Positions 17,193-27,521 of a stretch of DNA of 64,000 bases are shown piece after piece. The notes below the pieces were generated by a model. It worked only from the letters and a program-made list of their open reading frames with translations. It made no database searches and was not told the DNA's origin. The stretch comes from a virus. How positions within the stretch are numbered: the first letter of the stretch is position 1; every line of letters begins with the position of its first letter. The translations under genes were made by a program, and so were the position numbers. The stretch lies in IMG/VR virus record IMGVR_UViG_3300017824_001452; one strand, given 5' to 3'.

Positions 17193-20100
17193 ATGAGCAT
17201 TATACAAATCTCTAAAATTCAACAAAGGGCTGGTAACCTAGTTGATTTACCACAATTAGACGAAGCAGAAATCGGTTTTGCCAGTGATGCAAAAAGAGTC
17301 TTTATAGGTAAAACTACTAGTGGATTAGAAAATATTGAAGTTTTAACTTCATACTCTGATATTACATTCAGTCAAATCGACGGATCAGTCGGTAACTTAA
17401 ACATATCAAATAGTACAGTTGCAGACGGACAAGTCTTAGCATTTGACGGCAATAACTGGGTCAATAGAGGCGGAGACGCCGGAGGATTAGTTGATCTAGG
17501 AGAGATTAGTAATGTTGCTATAGACGGCGGCTCAGTTGGCTATACAATCGAAACAGATGGTCTAGGTAATTTATCTTGGACACCTAAAGGAACAATTACA
17601 GCATACATCGAAAATGTATCAAAAGCAAACCCAGGTGAAGTTACTTCAACTGTAGAAAACTTTTTAACAGACGGACAAGAAGTTACAATTACAGATGCTG
17701 TAGGTATGACAGAATTAAACGGCGGCACATATTATGCTAACGTTCAATCTTCAACTACGTTTACATTATACTCTGACACAAATTTATTGACACCAGTAGA
17801 CACTTCTGCATTTACTGAGTATGCTTTTTCAAGTGTTGCATCATCAAATACAGTAACTAAAAGAGTTACAATTGGCGATTCATCAGTATTTTCTGTAAAT
17901 GATCCTGTAAGATTCACTGGTGATATGGATAGTGGATCTACATTAATAAACACTGGAACCACTTATTATATTAATGCAATACCCTCAGGCACAACTATTG
18001 TACTTTCTGATACAATCTATGCAAATGGTGTTGCAGGACCTGAAAAACCTATCGGTACAGCAACAGGTTTAACAGCAAACGTATTCGGTTATGGTGGTAG
18101 AGCAATCGCATCAACAGGTGGCGGTGGCACATCAGCGGCTCAAGGCAGTAACACAAGTGTACAATATAATAACTCGGGTGTTATTGATGGTGACGGAGAT
18201 TTTGTTTGGGATTTTAGTTCAAATAAAACTTTAACTGTTAATGGTAATGCAAATGTAGGGAACTTAAATGCTACAAATTCAGTAGTAGCATCCAGACTAT
18301 TTTCAAACGTAGCAACAGGTACGACACCTATTGTCGTAGACTCTACAACACGTGTAGCAAATTTAAATGTTGATTATGCTAACGTAGCAGACAACAGTGT
18401 AGTAGGCAATCTTACTACAGGAAATTACTTCCCAGCATTAGTATCTACTTCTGCAACAGGTAATAAACCACTGAATGTAAGTGGTAGTTATACATTTGAT
18501 ACTGCTAACGCAAAATTCGTAGCAGGTAATGTTGAAGCAACATATGATGTATCAGGTTCAACATTAACCGGTGTTTTAACAACAGCCGCACAACCAAACG
18601 TTACAAGTGTTGGTACTCTTACAAGTTTAGAAGTAGCAGGAGACATTACTCCTGATGCAAACATAGCATATGATTTAGGAAACAATACAAATAGATTTAG
18701 AGATTTATATCTATCAGGATCGTCTATCACATTAGGCTTCCAAGAAATTACATCAAACGCAACTCATACAACATTTACTAATAGAATAGCGGCAGAAACA
18801 TTCGTAGGTAACGTTGTTGGTATTTTATCAGGTGATGCAGGCAACATTTCAAATGTTCAAGGTGCAAACGTTGCAGGTGAAGTTAACTTTGCCGCAACTG
18901 CTAATACTGTTGCCGGAGCAAACGTAACAGGTACAGTACCTTTAGCCGCAATCGCAAGTACAGTTTCAGGTGCAGTACAATCAAACATTACTAGTGTTGG
19001 TACTTTAACATCATTAGATGTTTCAGGTAATTTAAGTGCTGGTAATATAACAGCAACTGGTGGAACGTTATCTGGTATTGCAGGTAATTTAACTACACTC
19101 ACAGTTTCAGGTGCATCTGATTTAGGTGATGTAAGCAATGTACAAATAGACGGCGGTACTGCAAATTATATTCTTAAAACAGACGGAGCAGGTAACTTAA
19201 GTTGGACTAACCCAGACGGTGGTTATTTCTTACATGAACAGACTGTAGCCGCAACTGTTTGGAATGTTAATCATGGTCTCAACAGAAGATATGTGGGTGT
19301 CGAAGCAATCGATGGCAGTGGCATTTCATACAACGGTCGTTATAACTATCCAACGATAGAATATGTAGATGCTAATAACCTTACAATGACATGGGACACT
19401 GCTTTGTCAGGTTATGCGGCAATTACAGGTGGTGGCACTAACATTAACAGTGTAATGGTTGCGCCAGCAACTACCCCAGCAGGTGTTGACACACAAGTTC
19501 AATTTAACGATGCTGGATCATTAGCAGGCAACAATGGTCTCACATTTGATAAGTCTACAGGTACATTAACTGCAACTGTATTAGAAGGCCCTCTAGCAAC
19601 AGCATCACAACCAAACATTACTAGTGTTGGCACACTTAATGGTTTAGAAGTATCAGGCAACATTACTCCTGATGCTAATGTTACATACGACTTAGGTAAT
19701 AACACAAATAGATTTAATGATTTATATTTGTCTGGAACTACAATTTATGTTGGTGATCAGCAAATTACATCTAATGCTTCTGGCATATCATTTACTGGAG
19801 AGACAACATCATCTAATATTAGATTGACTGGTAATATCCAAGCCGCAACTAGTAATTTGTTTGTAACAGGTGAGCAAGGTGGTGCAAACGGTTACGTACA
19901 CCACGATTTTGTTAACAACAAACATTCATTCGTAGGTATTAACAGTGGTTTAGGACCAGTAAGTGCAACGGTAGAAACAGAATACTTTGATGCACTGATA
20001 GATACTGATGGTATTGTACCGGGTATGCCTGGTAAGATGCGTTTAAAAATGGATGGTCTACAAAGTTATGATTTAGATGGCACTACAGAAAACGCATACC

Positions 20101-21353
20101 TTAAATTAAATCAGTCAAGTAGTAATTTACTTACTCCGGGACCCACATGGACTGCTAGTCACCCATCATCAACACCTACTCATATCGTAGCAACAGGTAA
20201 TATTGTTGGTAATTATGGTCATTTTGAACAAGACATGTCAGCAGAAAGTATTTCGGCTACCTATGCAAATATTGACGGTGGAACAGATATCACTGGTAAC
20301 TTAAATGCTGGAAACATTACTACTGCAAATATTGTTACTCAAGCCGCAACTATTAATGGCAACGCAACTGTAGTTGCAAACTTAAGAGTCGATGGCACTA
20401 TTATTGTTGAAAATGATATTAATCTTGGTGTCGATAATCTTACTCAATTTACAGGTAATCTTGTAGGTCTTGATACACCGGGTACTGCAACTGTTGACCT
20501 CAATGTTACGGGCGGCGCATCACCAGGCTCAAGTATTACGTTAGTCGGAGGAACGTCTGGTGGTATAGTAGGAGATACAGAATTTAAAGCAACTGGTGGT
20601 AAATTTACAGCAACTTGGAACAATAGTTATTCCCCTGCTGTAGGCACTCCAACTCTTACAGAGTTAACAAGTCTAGGACTACAAGGCTCAGCAGGACCCG
20701 CTAATGTATATGATGCTTTCCAATTAAATAATCAAGCAACATCAAATACTACTCCCGGTAATGTTTGGTCTGCATTTCAAAAAGGTGGCACAGAAGAAGT
20801 ACATATTTCTGCAACAGGTAACATAGTAGGTGCAGGCGGTATATTCAATGAAGTATTCACTGGAGAATTACATGCTGGAAATGACCCGGCAACATCTGAT
20901 GAAAATACAACCGCTTATATCAAAGGTAATTGGTTATTAAGTGGCGGTTCACGTTTACAAGCAACTTATGCTGACTTAGCAGAATACTACGAAGGTGAAG
21001 AAGTATACGAAGCAGGTACTGTTGTATCGTTTGGTGGCACTAAAGAAGTACACATTTCTAATGAAGTAGGTAGCAAACGAGTAGCAGGTGTCGTATCAAC
21101 TAATCCTGCATATATTATGAATGCAGAATGTCCTGGAGACAAAGTTGCTATTGCACTACAAGGTCGAGTACCATGTAAGGTTACAGGTACATGTGAAAAA
21201 GGTGACATAATGGTGGCAAATGGAGAAGGCGGTGCAACTGCTTGGTATCATGTTGTTACTATAATGCATCCTGGAATGACTATAGGTAAGGCTATCGAAG
21301 ACAAAGAAACTAATGAAGTATCTGTTATTGAGATAGCAGTCGGCCGTCTCTAA
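17193..21353 (+). CDS. long tail fibre / receptor-binding protein
   Basis: Mtd-like N-terminus (LPQLDEAEIGFASD), Gly/Thr/Asn-rich QPNITSVGTL repeats, C-terminal ADLAEYY...GRVPCKV...IGKA domain. Confidence 0.8.
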   Translation: MSIIQISKIQQRAGNLVDLPQLDEAEIGFASDAKRVFIGKTTSGLENIEVLTSYSDITFSQIDGSVGNLNISNSTVADGQVLAFDGNNWVNRGGDAGGLVDLGEISNVAIDGGSVGYTIETDGLGNLSWTPKGTITAYIENVSKANPGEVTSTVENFLTDGQEVTITDAVGMTELNGGTYYANVQSSTTFTLYSDTNLLTPVDTSAFTEYAFSSVASSNTVTKRVTIGDSSVFSVNDPVRFTGDMDSGSTLINTGTTYYINAIPSGTTIVLSDTIYANGVAGPEKPIGTATGLTANVFGYGGRAIASTGGGGTSAAQGSNTSVQYNNSGVIDGDGDFVWDFSSNKTLTVNGNANVGNLNATNSVVASRLFSNVATGTTPIVVDSTTRVANLNVDYANVADNSVVGNLTTGNYFPALVSTSATGNKPLNVSGSYTFDTANAKFVAGNVEATYDVSGSTLTGVLTTAAQPNVTSVGTLTSLEVAGDITPDANIAYDLGNNTNRFRDLYLSGSSITLGFQEITSNATHTTFTNRIAAETFVGNVVGILSGDAGNISNVQGANVAGEVNFAATANTVAGANVTGTVPLAAIASTVSGAVQSNITSVGTLTSLDVSGNLSAGNITATGGTLSGIAGNLTTLTVSGASDLGDVSNVQIDGGTANYILKTDGAGNLSWTNPDGGYFLHEQTVAATVWNVNHGLNRRYVGVEAIDGSGISYNGRYNYPTIEYVDANNLTMTWDTALSGYAAITGGGTNINSVMVAPATTPAGVDTQVQFNDAGSLAGNNGLTFDKSTGTLTATVLEGPLATASQPNITSVGTLNGLEVSGNITPDANVTYDLGNNTNRFNDLYLSGTTIYVGDQQITSNASGISFTGETTSSNIRLTGNIQAATSNLFVTGEQGGANGYVHHDFVNNKHSFVGINSGLGPVSATVETEYFDALIDTDGIVPGMPGKMRLKMDGLQSYDLDGTTENAYLKLNQSSSNLLTPGPTWTASHPSSTPTHIVATGNIVGNYGHFEQDMSAESISATYANIDGGTDITGNLNAGNITTANIVTQAATINGNATVVANLRVDGTIIVENDINLGVDNLTQFTGNLVGLDTPGTATVDLNVTGGASPGSSITLVGGTSGGIVGDTEFKATGGKFTATWNNSYSPAVGTPTLTELTSLGLQGSAGPANVYDAFQLNNQATSNTTPGNVWSAFQKGGTEEVHISATGNIVGAGGIFNEVFTGELHAGNDPATSDENTTAYIKGNWLLSGGSRLQATYADLAEYYEGEEVYEAGTVVSFGGTKEVHISNEVGSKRVAGVVSTNPAYIMNAECPGDKVAIALQGRVPCKVTGTCEKGDIMVANGEGGATAWYHVVTIMHPGMTIGKAIEDKETNEVSVIEIAVGRL

Positions 21354-21375
21354 TCCAACGTTTTTACGCAAAAAC

Positions 21376-21383
21376 TATAAATA
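21376..21383 (+). promoter_or_regulatory. late promoter (full T4 consensus TATAAATA)
   Basis: Exact TATAAATA ahead of a ~100-nt leader. Confidence 0.75.
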
Positions 21384-21388
21384 CATAT

Positions 21389-21460
21389 GAATGTTCTTGT
21401 TTTGTAAGATAACATCAAACGAGACTTATGCGGTGCCCGCCGCGTAGACCTAGAACGTCA
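21389..21460 (+). ncRNA. candidate structured 5' leader RNA (three-way junction)
   Basis: P1 21391-97/21452-58; P2 21398-402/21417-21; P3 21427-34/21439-46 with GCCC loop; GC-rich relative to surroundings. Confidence 0.45.
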
Positions 21461-21487
21461 CTCACTAATATTAAAGGAGATCAAAAA

Positions 21488-21940
21488 ATGGGACGACCAA
21501 TGAAAACATCGAAAAATTCTGATGTTGATACCACTTATAACAACCCGGCAGGTTTATCAAACACTTACCGTATTGTTGCTGGTAACACAACTCAGACAGG
21601 GCCTCAAACTGTATGTAGATGCAAAGTAGGCTCTAACATAGAAGGCGACGGCTTTATTATCAGACAAAAAGGTGCTAGAAAGTATCTTGTTGATGATGGT
21701 TCCGGAAACCAAGGTATTTGTACTTTAGCGGATTCGGCTGATGGTGCATTAGCAGACAACACTATGACTGTTACTGTAACTTTAGACGATCTAAGTACTG
21801 TAAGATTAGAAAGAATTAAAGGATCAGGACGTGCATTAGACTTTTCTGGCAACCCTTACATCATATCTTTCAATACAGCATATCCTGCAGATACATACGG
21901 TGGTCAACCTTACCCGATTGTAACAGTTGAATCTTTATAA
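21488..21940 (+). CDS. putative virion structural protein
   Basis: AAGGAG RBS supports ATG at 21488 (MGRPMK...); late promoter. Confidence 0.7.
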   Translation: MGRPMKTSKNSDVDTTYNNPAGLSNTYRIVAGNTTQTGPQTVCRCKVGSNIEGDGFIIRQKGARKYLVDDGSGNQGICTLADSADGALADNTMTVTVTLDDLSTVRLERIKGSGRALDFSGNPYIISFNTAYPADTYGGQPYPIVTVESL

Positions 21941-21956
21941 TCTGAGGGGTTTATAA

Positions 21957-22286
21957 ATGGCACAGAGTAACGCACAAAAGCAATTACAACAGTACGACAC
22001 TGATATTGCGGTTCTCAAAGTCGAATTTAAAAACTTGGATGAAAAGTTTGATACTGCATTAAATGATGTTAAACATGATATTAAAGAATGTGAAACATTA
22101 ATTAAAGAAGGCACGGCATCAACTCACAAACTCTTAACTGACTTCCAAAAGTCAAACCAAGAGTCACACGACAATATGGCGCAAAAAATTACTGCGTTAG
22201 AACGTTGGAGATGGATGCTTATCGGAGCAGGTATGGTGGCAGGAACTCTAGGCTATTCAGTCATTGAGTTTTGGATGTCGCACTAA
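21957..22286 (+). CDS. coiled-coil protein with C-terminal TM helix (holin/XhlA-like)
   Basis: Heptad pattern, then LERWRWMLIGAGMVAGTLGY. Confidence 0.5.
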   Translation: MAQSNAQKQLQQYDTDIAVLKVEFKNLDEKFDTALNDVKHDIKECETLIKEGTASTHKLLTDFQKSNQESHDNMAQKITALERWRWMLIGAGMVAGTLGYSVIEFWMSH

Positions 22287-22303
22287 ATTTTAGTTATTTA
22301 GGT

Positions 22304-22333
22304 AAGAAAGGGTGCTAGTCGCCCTTTCTTTTT
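22304..22333 (+). terminator. intrinsic terminator
   Basis: AAGAAAGGGTG-CTAGT-CGCCCTTTCTT-TTT. Confidence 0.8.
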
Positions 22334-22454
22334 GGGTATGTAGCCTTCAGGCTACATAAAACCGCATAACGTAGCCTGTGAGCAACGTTATTTGAAGACA
22401 TCTAAAGACACTACTATATGTTTTGTGGCGTCTTAGAACGTCTCTGAGGGCTTT

Positions 22455-22871
22455 CTATAAGTTCTTTAGACTAGATAACTTGTCTACTACGTTATCGATA
22501 TTGATTGTAGAGAATAATCCGGGGTGTAGAGGTTTTGGGTATTTGTCACCACCTACCCAAGCATACCCACAATGTTCGTCATTAAGAATTGGGGAAAATT
22601 CTTTTTCAATCTCACAAAAAAAGGTGTGATATGCAAATGTATTATTGACGAATTTTTGGATAGGAACTAATTTAAAATCATCGTCCCAATGTGAGATTTC
22701 TTCTAAACATTCTCTTTTTAATCCTGCTAATAAAGTTTCATTCTTTTCAATCTTGCCCCCTGGTATAGACCATGTAGGGTTTTTAGATTCATTTCTTAAA
22801 AGATATAGAGATCGTTTGGTAGATTTACAATAAAAGAAAATACCAGCAGATTGATTTATAATAATCGCCAT
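22455..22871 (-). CDS. Nudix hydrolase
   Basis: Nudix box GGKIEKNETLLAGLKRECLEEI; TAAATA 5 nt before ATG (22877-22882). Confidence 0.9.
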   Translation of the reverse strand: MAIIINQSAGIFFYCKSTKRSLYLLRNESKNPTWSIPGGKIEKNETLLAGLKRECLEEISHWDDDFKLVPIQKFVNNTFAYHTFFCEIEKEFSPILNDEHCGYAWVGGDKYPKPLHPGLFSTINIDNVVDKLSSLKNL

Positions 22872-22901
22872 ACAATTATTTAGTAGGTGACAAGGTACCT
22901 C

Positions 22902-24497
22902 TTAAATAACTATACTGTAATCGCCTTCGTTGTAATAACCTTCGTAAGACTTCATCCATTGTGCAGGCAAACCGGGCTGAGTTGAATCAGAAGGTGTAGC
23001 CGCCCAACGATATTGAATTTCTGTAGTTAAGTTAGTTACATATTCAAGTTCATCTTCATTGATGACAGAATCAAACGCAACAAACCAAGTCATAATGTCT
23101 GCGTTAAATTGTATAATGTCATTTGCTTTTGCTTCTACTACAGTGTATACAGTACCTGTGCCTTCTGGTTGTACATTATTCATTGTGAACTGGGTGCCTA
23201 TATTATTATTCGGAGCACCATAGTATCTAAAATCAGTTGTACCTATAGTAGCAATTTGATACAGTGTACCAGGGGTCATTGTTGTTGCAACTTGAGATTC
23301 AGGTAACGTTGATGTACCTGTCTGACTACCTATAATTGTTCCCCATGATGAAGTTTGATAACCTATGTCTTGTGTTAACAAATATCTCACATTAGGAATA
23401 GGCCCGGGGAGTCCGTTGTTTGGTCCTGATACTTGAGGATTAATAACTGATGTTACAGGGTCTAATGTATTCTGTGGTAATGTATCTTCATCGACATTAT
23501 AAATTAGATAACGATCATCAAGAGGATCAATAACAATTGTACCCATAATCTCTGTATCCATATATGGATTTTGTAATGCAACTTGTGAAATACCTCCTCG
23601 GTATGCACCATACATGTTTAAGATAGATGACCAATACAAGTCAGTGTCTGGATTAACTGGCTTATCTAATGAGAAGTTAGAAGGTTGATCTGGTTGATCT
23701 TGCGGTAATAACTGTAATGAATTACCTATGAATAATACTTGATAACCATATGGAGATATCTTTTGTCTTGTACCTAATAACAGGTCATCATCTTTCATAT
23801 CTTCTTGTGTTTTACCTTCAAAGATAGAAGTGATAATCTTGTTAATAACACCATACTTTTTAAGTTTGGCAGATGTCGTTAACCACATGGGTAAGTAGAA
23901 TTTCCATGACATAACATCAATAGGATTACCTGTACCTTGTGGTATAGTACGAGATGAGAATGTAAGTCCATCCTGATATACAACTGTTAAAGATGTCCAG
24001 TCAATAAAGTTATCAGTATTTTGAATTTCTAATGACGGATTGAATAATGTTCCTAATTGTTCAATCAATTCTAATTTTTGTTGATAGTTAGTCGTCCAAA
24101 AGTCTACTTGTAATCTAAGTGTGTATGGAACTGGCATTAACTTTTCAACAGTAAATGCTTGACCCTGTGTCTCTCCGTAAGCGGCTGTAGTAGGATCATA
24201 ATCTCTTTGACGTACATTTTGTTTCTCTACAAAGTAAGGCTCTTGTGTACGTCTTTGATCATACTCTAATCCATTAATAAAATAAGTTATCAAAGGTGCA
24301 GAAGGTAAATTACTTGCAGAGTTGTTTGCAATAATTGTTGATGCTTGTCTACTTGCATCTCCATATTGGATAGGTACTCTAACGAGTATAGGATTGCCGT
24401 TAGGATCAGTACCTGAAGTCACATACCAGTTGCTAAAAATTTTAGCAAACTGTAGTAAAAATCTTCTTATTTGATTGTCGTAAAAATATTGTGCCAT
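22902..24497 (-). CDS. tail terminator / sheath stabiliser (T4 gp15-like) with C-terminal extension
   Basis: YFYD.QIRR..LQFAKIFS, VPIQYG, MPVPY.L...IEQL..LFNP. Confidence 0.75.
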   Translation of the reverse strand: MAQYFYDNQIRRFLLQFAKIFSNWYVTSGTDPNGNPILVRVPIQYGDASRQASTIIANNSASNLPSAPLITYFINGLEYDQRRTQEPYFVEKQNVRQRDYDPTTAAYGETQGQAFTVEKLMPVPYTLRLQVDFWTTNYQQKLELIEQLGTLFNPSLEIQNTDNFIDWTSLTVVYQDGLTFSSRTIPQGTGNPIDVMSWKFYLPMWLTTSAKLKKYGVINKIITSIFEGKTQEDMKDDDLLLGTRQKISPYGYQVLFIGNSLQLLPQDQPDQPSNFSLDKPVNPDTDLYWSSILNMYGAYRGGISQVALQNPYMDTEIMGTIVIDPLDDRYLIYNVDEDTLPQNTLDPVTSVINPQVSGPNNGLPGPIPNVRYLLTQDIGYQTSSWGTIIGSQTGTSTLPESQVATTMTPGTLYQIATIGTTDFRYYGAPNNNIGTQFTMNNVQPEGTGTVYTVVEAKANDIIQFNADIMTWFVAFDSVINEDELEYVTNLTTEIQYRWAATPSDSTQPGLPAQWMKSYEGYYNEGDYSIVI

Positions 24498-26254
24498 TAT
24501 GTTCCGTCACTTGGTGGATTGTCATCTGGTTCCAAATCTAAGATACCACTTAGTCCTTGAGCAGATGGTACGTTTGCTTCATCGTTGTTACTATATATCG
24601 TATCATCATTATTAATGAATCCAGATAATTGTGATGTGTCATCACTAGTAAAGCCTGTAGACGTTCTTACATCTTCACTGACTCTTAACCATAAAGTACC
24701 GTTCCAACGATATAACACATTAGGTGTATAATCTATACGTAAGAAATAATCTCCAACTTGTGGACTTTGCGGGAACGAAATACCTGCACCTGCTGGGAGT
24801 CCATTAGGGGGAGCACCTTCTCCTGTTAAGTAACCTGATGTATAACCAAAGTCACGAGGAGTATATCTTGCTATGTATTGAAAACGAGGATCACAATCAG
24901 CACGATAGTCCATTGTATTTGGACCATATGGTTCTGTACCTGTAAAGCCTGGTTGAGTAGGATCCTGATCTGCTGTTGCGTAAGTGTTATCAGCAGTACC
25001 ATATGGACCTGTTACAGGACCACTTATATTAACTGTTAATAATTTTGTGCCTTCCATCTGACCTGAGCCAGTTGATGACATTTCTGGTGCTTCAACTGCA
25101 ATGGATAAGTTTGCTTGTACAAACTTTGCTATCATTGCTTCTAAGTCTATATCTTGTTCACCATGTTTGGCTTGCATTACGTCAATGACTTCTTTTGGTA
25201 TTCTTATACCAGTAGATTCATATTTGTATTTGTCACTTTTCATAGTAATGACTTCACCAGTAGCAGTTAATGGGCTATTACCGGGCATCCATGAACGTAC
25301 ATCGACAGGAGGTGCGGGTTGATTTTCTTTGTCAGATGGTACACCGTTTGCTTCAAAGATACCATAGCCAGGTACGACATATAAATTAGATGTATCATAC
25401 CCGGCCTTCGGTACAATACGTGCGGCTTCTTTTAAATTAGCATCATTGATTCTAATATTTTCATTATATCGACCTAGAACATCTTTAAGTGTTTTACCTG
25501 TATCCAGTTCCCAGTACGGATCCGGATCAGTATCACCGGGTTTTGTTCCTGCAGGTACTTCTTGTAATGCAATATAATTTTTGTCACCAAATGTCATTGT
25601 ATACCCTGCAGGGTATGTTTTGTTTTTATCCCAATCACCTAAGTAATTGTCTTTGTCAGTTGGTTGACGCAAGATATCCTGAAACTCTTGGCTATCTACT
25701 AATTTTTCACATTTGATACGCCATAGATGAGGGTACCATGTTTGTGAAAAACCTTCACTGCCATAGTTAGCATCTGTAACTTGATAAAATCTTTTTAGTG
25801 CTACTGGAAATTCTGTAGCATCATCGTTTAATGGATTGTAATCTAGTAAGTGAGGTAATTCGATAACATCACCTACCATTAACTTTCTGCCTATGATATC
25901 GATCATGTCATTGTAATGAACATTAATAAAAATAGTATCATTACTTAAAAATAAACCAAACTGACTAAGATCAAAGTCTAAGTTTTGTACGTTATAATGG
26001 CCCCGTAATCGATAAATATCCTTTTCATATTTTCTGTCTCTGTTCTCTAAAAACAACAAATCTTGTATATTTGTTGGGTCTAAAGAACTATATTGAGGTT
26101 GTGTAAAATCAGCAGAAGGTCCTTGATCCATCGGGCCTGCATACTTATGGACATAGAGATCAGTACCGCCAACAGTCAACTGCTCAGAAATACTTCTGTC
26201 TAAAAAACGGTAATCGTTTTGTTTCTGTTCCCGGTATAAACTTAATCTTGGCAT
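24497..26254 (-). CDS. neck protein (T4 gp14-like) with insertions
   Basis: GGTDLYVHKY, LSQFGL, GDVIELP; adjacent to gp15-like gene; TAAATA 5 nt before ATG (26260-26265). Confidence 0.65.
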   Translation of the reverse strand: MPRLSLYREQKQNDYRFLDRSISEQLTVGGTDLYVHKYAGPMDQGPSADFTQPQYSSLDPTNIQDLLFLENRDRKYEKDIYRLRGHYNVQNLDFDLSQFGLFLSNDTIFINVHYNDMIDIIGRKLMVGDVIELPHLLDYNPLNDDATEFPVALKRFYQVTDANYGSEGFSQTWYPHLWRIKCEKLVDSQEFQDILRQPTDKDNYLGDWDKNKTYPAGYTMTFGDKNYIALQEVPAGTKPGDTDPDPYWELDTGKTLKDVLGRYNENIRINDANLKEAARIVPKAGYDTSNLYVVPGYGIFEANGVPSDKENQPAPPVDVRSWMPGNSPLTATGEVITMKSDKYKYESTGIRIPKEVIDVMQAKHGEQDIDLEAMIAKFVQANLSIAVEAPEMSSTGSGQMEGTKLLTVNISGPVTGPYGTADNTYATADQDPTQPGFTGTEPYGPNTMDYRADCDPRFQYIARYTPRDFGYTSGYLTGEGAPPNGLPAGAGISFPQSPQVGDYFLRIDYTPNVLYRWNGTLWLRVSEDVRTSTGFTSDDTSQLSGFINNDDTIYSNNDEANVPSAQGLSGILDLEPDDNPPSDGT

Positions 26255-26304
26255 ATATATATTTATCTCAACACAATGAGACGCAGAATTTGGGTAAATA
26301 GAGG

Positions 26305-26333
26305 TTGAATTAAAAAATTATTTGATGTACAAT
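26305..26333 (+). promoter_or_regulatory. sigma70-type early promoter
   Basis: TTGAAT-N17-TACAAT. Confidence 0.65.
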
Positions 26334-26374
26334 GCGAACACTAAGTATGAACATTCATTTCATTAAGGGACAAA

Positions 26375-27517
26375 ATGGCTAGACGTAAGCAAAAAACAGT
26401 TTATCTGACCCCTGAGCCAGACTGGGAAAAACACAAAAACATCGAAGACCCCGAAGGCCAGGCAAAAGCATACCAAGACTGCCAGTACTTTATTCGTACA
26501 GAAATCAGTGATAAGAAAAGACTAACTGAATTTAAGACTTGGCTTAAAAAAGAATCTGGCTACACCGAAGAAGAAATCGAAATTATTCTTAGGAACCCAG
26601 ACTGGAACTTTAATTCTACAGGTACATCAGTCTATTTTTTAAATAGAGTTGGTTACATGCCAGAAGGGCATATAAATCATATTGCCAAACTCAAAGAAGA
26701 ATGGTTAGAGAAAGGTAAAAAGATTGCTCAAGTAAAAGAAGAAAAAGCAAAAGACAAACCCAATCGTCCTTCTATACAAGAAATCATGCTTGGCAAGTTA
26801 ATGGAAGCAGGTGGAGAGATCGATGGCATTATGGATCAACTGTTTGAAGATGAAATAAAAGTTGATGCTAAATTTAATACTGCTATTCTAAGAATATTAA
26901 ACACATACAATCCTTTACCAAATCATATCCCTCAACTAGTCGAAAGTTATACATTTGAACAAAAAGAATTTAAAGAAGTTATTGAAGGGAAAGATGAACA
27001 ATTAATTGAAGCATATAGTCATTTTAATAAAAGAAAAATTAAAAGTATTATCAGCGCCTATGATGCAATGATTGGAGTATTAAATTCATATCAAGCCCTT
27101 AAAATTAAAAATAGGGCTAAACGTAAAACTAAACCTATCACTCCTGAAAAAGCAACTAGAAGTTTAAAATATCAGAAAAGGTTTGAATGCGAAACAACTA
27201 ACTTAAAATTAGAAAGCATTAGACCCACAGAGTTGCATCTGTCTAAAGAAGCATGGTGCTATGATACTGCTAAAAGAAAACTTCATCACTATATCGCAGA
27301 CGATCTTGGTGGAGAAATGTTTGTTAAAGGAAACACTTTGTATGGATTTGACAAGTCTAAGAGTGCAATTAAGACATTACGTAAACCCAAAGAACAATTA
27401 AAAGAAATTATGGGCAGTAAGCCCGCGGCACGTAAATTCTTTGATGATATTAAAGCAGTCGGTGTTCAACCGAAGGGTCGTTTTAACGATTCAATGATTA
27501 TTTTAAAGGCGTTTTAA
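26375..27517 (+). CDS. hypothetical early protein
   Basis: 380-aa ORF; C-terminal VKGNTLYGFD...KTLRKP...GRFN domain of unknown function. Confidence 0.75.
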   Translation: MARRKQKTVYLTPEPDWEKHKNIEDPEGQAKAYQDCQYFIRTEISDKKRLTEFKTWLKKESGYTEEEIEIILRNPDWNFNSTGTSVYFLNRVGYMPEGHINHIAKLKEEWLEKGKKIAQVKEEKAKDKPNRPSIQEIMLGKLMEAGGEIDGIMDQLFEDEIKVDAKFNTAILRILNTYNPLPNHIPQLVESYTFEQKEFKEVIEGKDEQLIEAYSHFNKRKIKSIISAYDAMIGVLNSYQALKIKNRAKRKTKPITPEKATRSLKYQKRFECETTNLKLESIRPTELHLSKEAWCYDTAKRKLHHYIADDLGGEMFVKGNTLYGFDKSKSAIKTLRKPKEQLKEIMGSKPAARKFFDDIKAVGVQPKGRFNDSMIILKAF

Positions 27518-27521
27518 TTAT

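Noticed and set aside
17193-21353. Diversity-generating retroelement target
   Set aside because: No reverse transcriptase and no template/variable repeat pair differing at adenines in this window
21428-21487. N-terminal extension MRCPPRRPR... of ORF 21428
   Set aside because: Strong AAGGAG RBS points to ATG 21488; the upstream part is better explained as a structured leader
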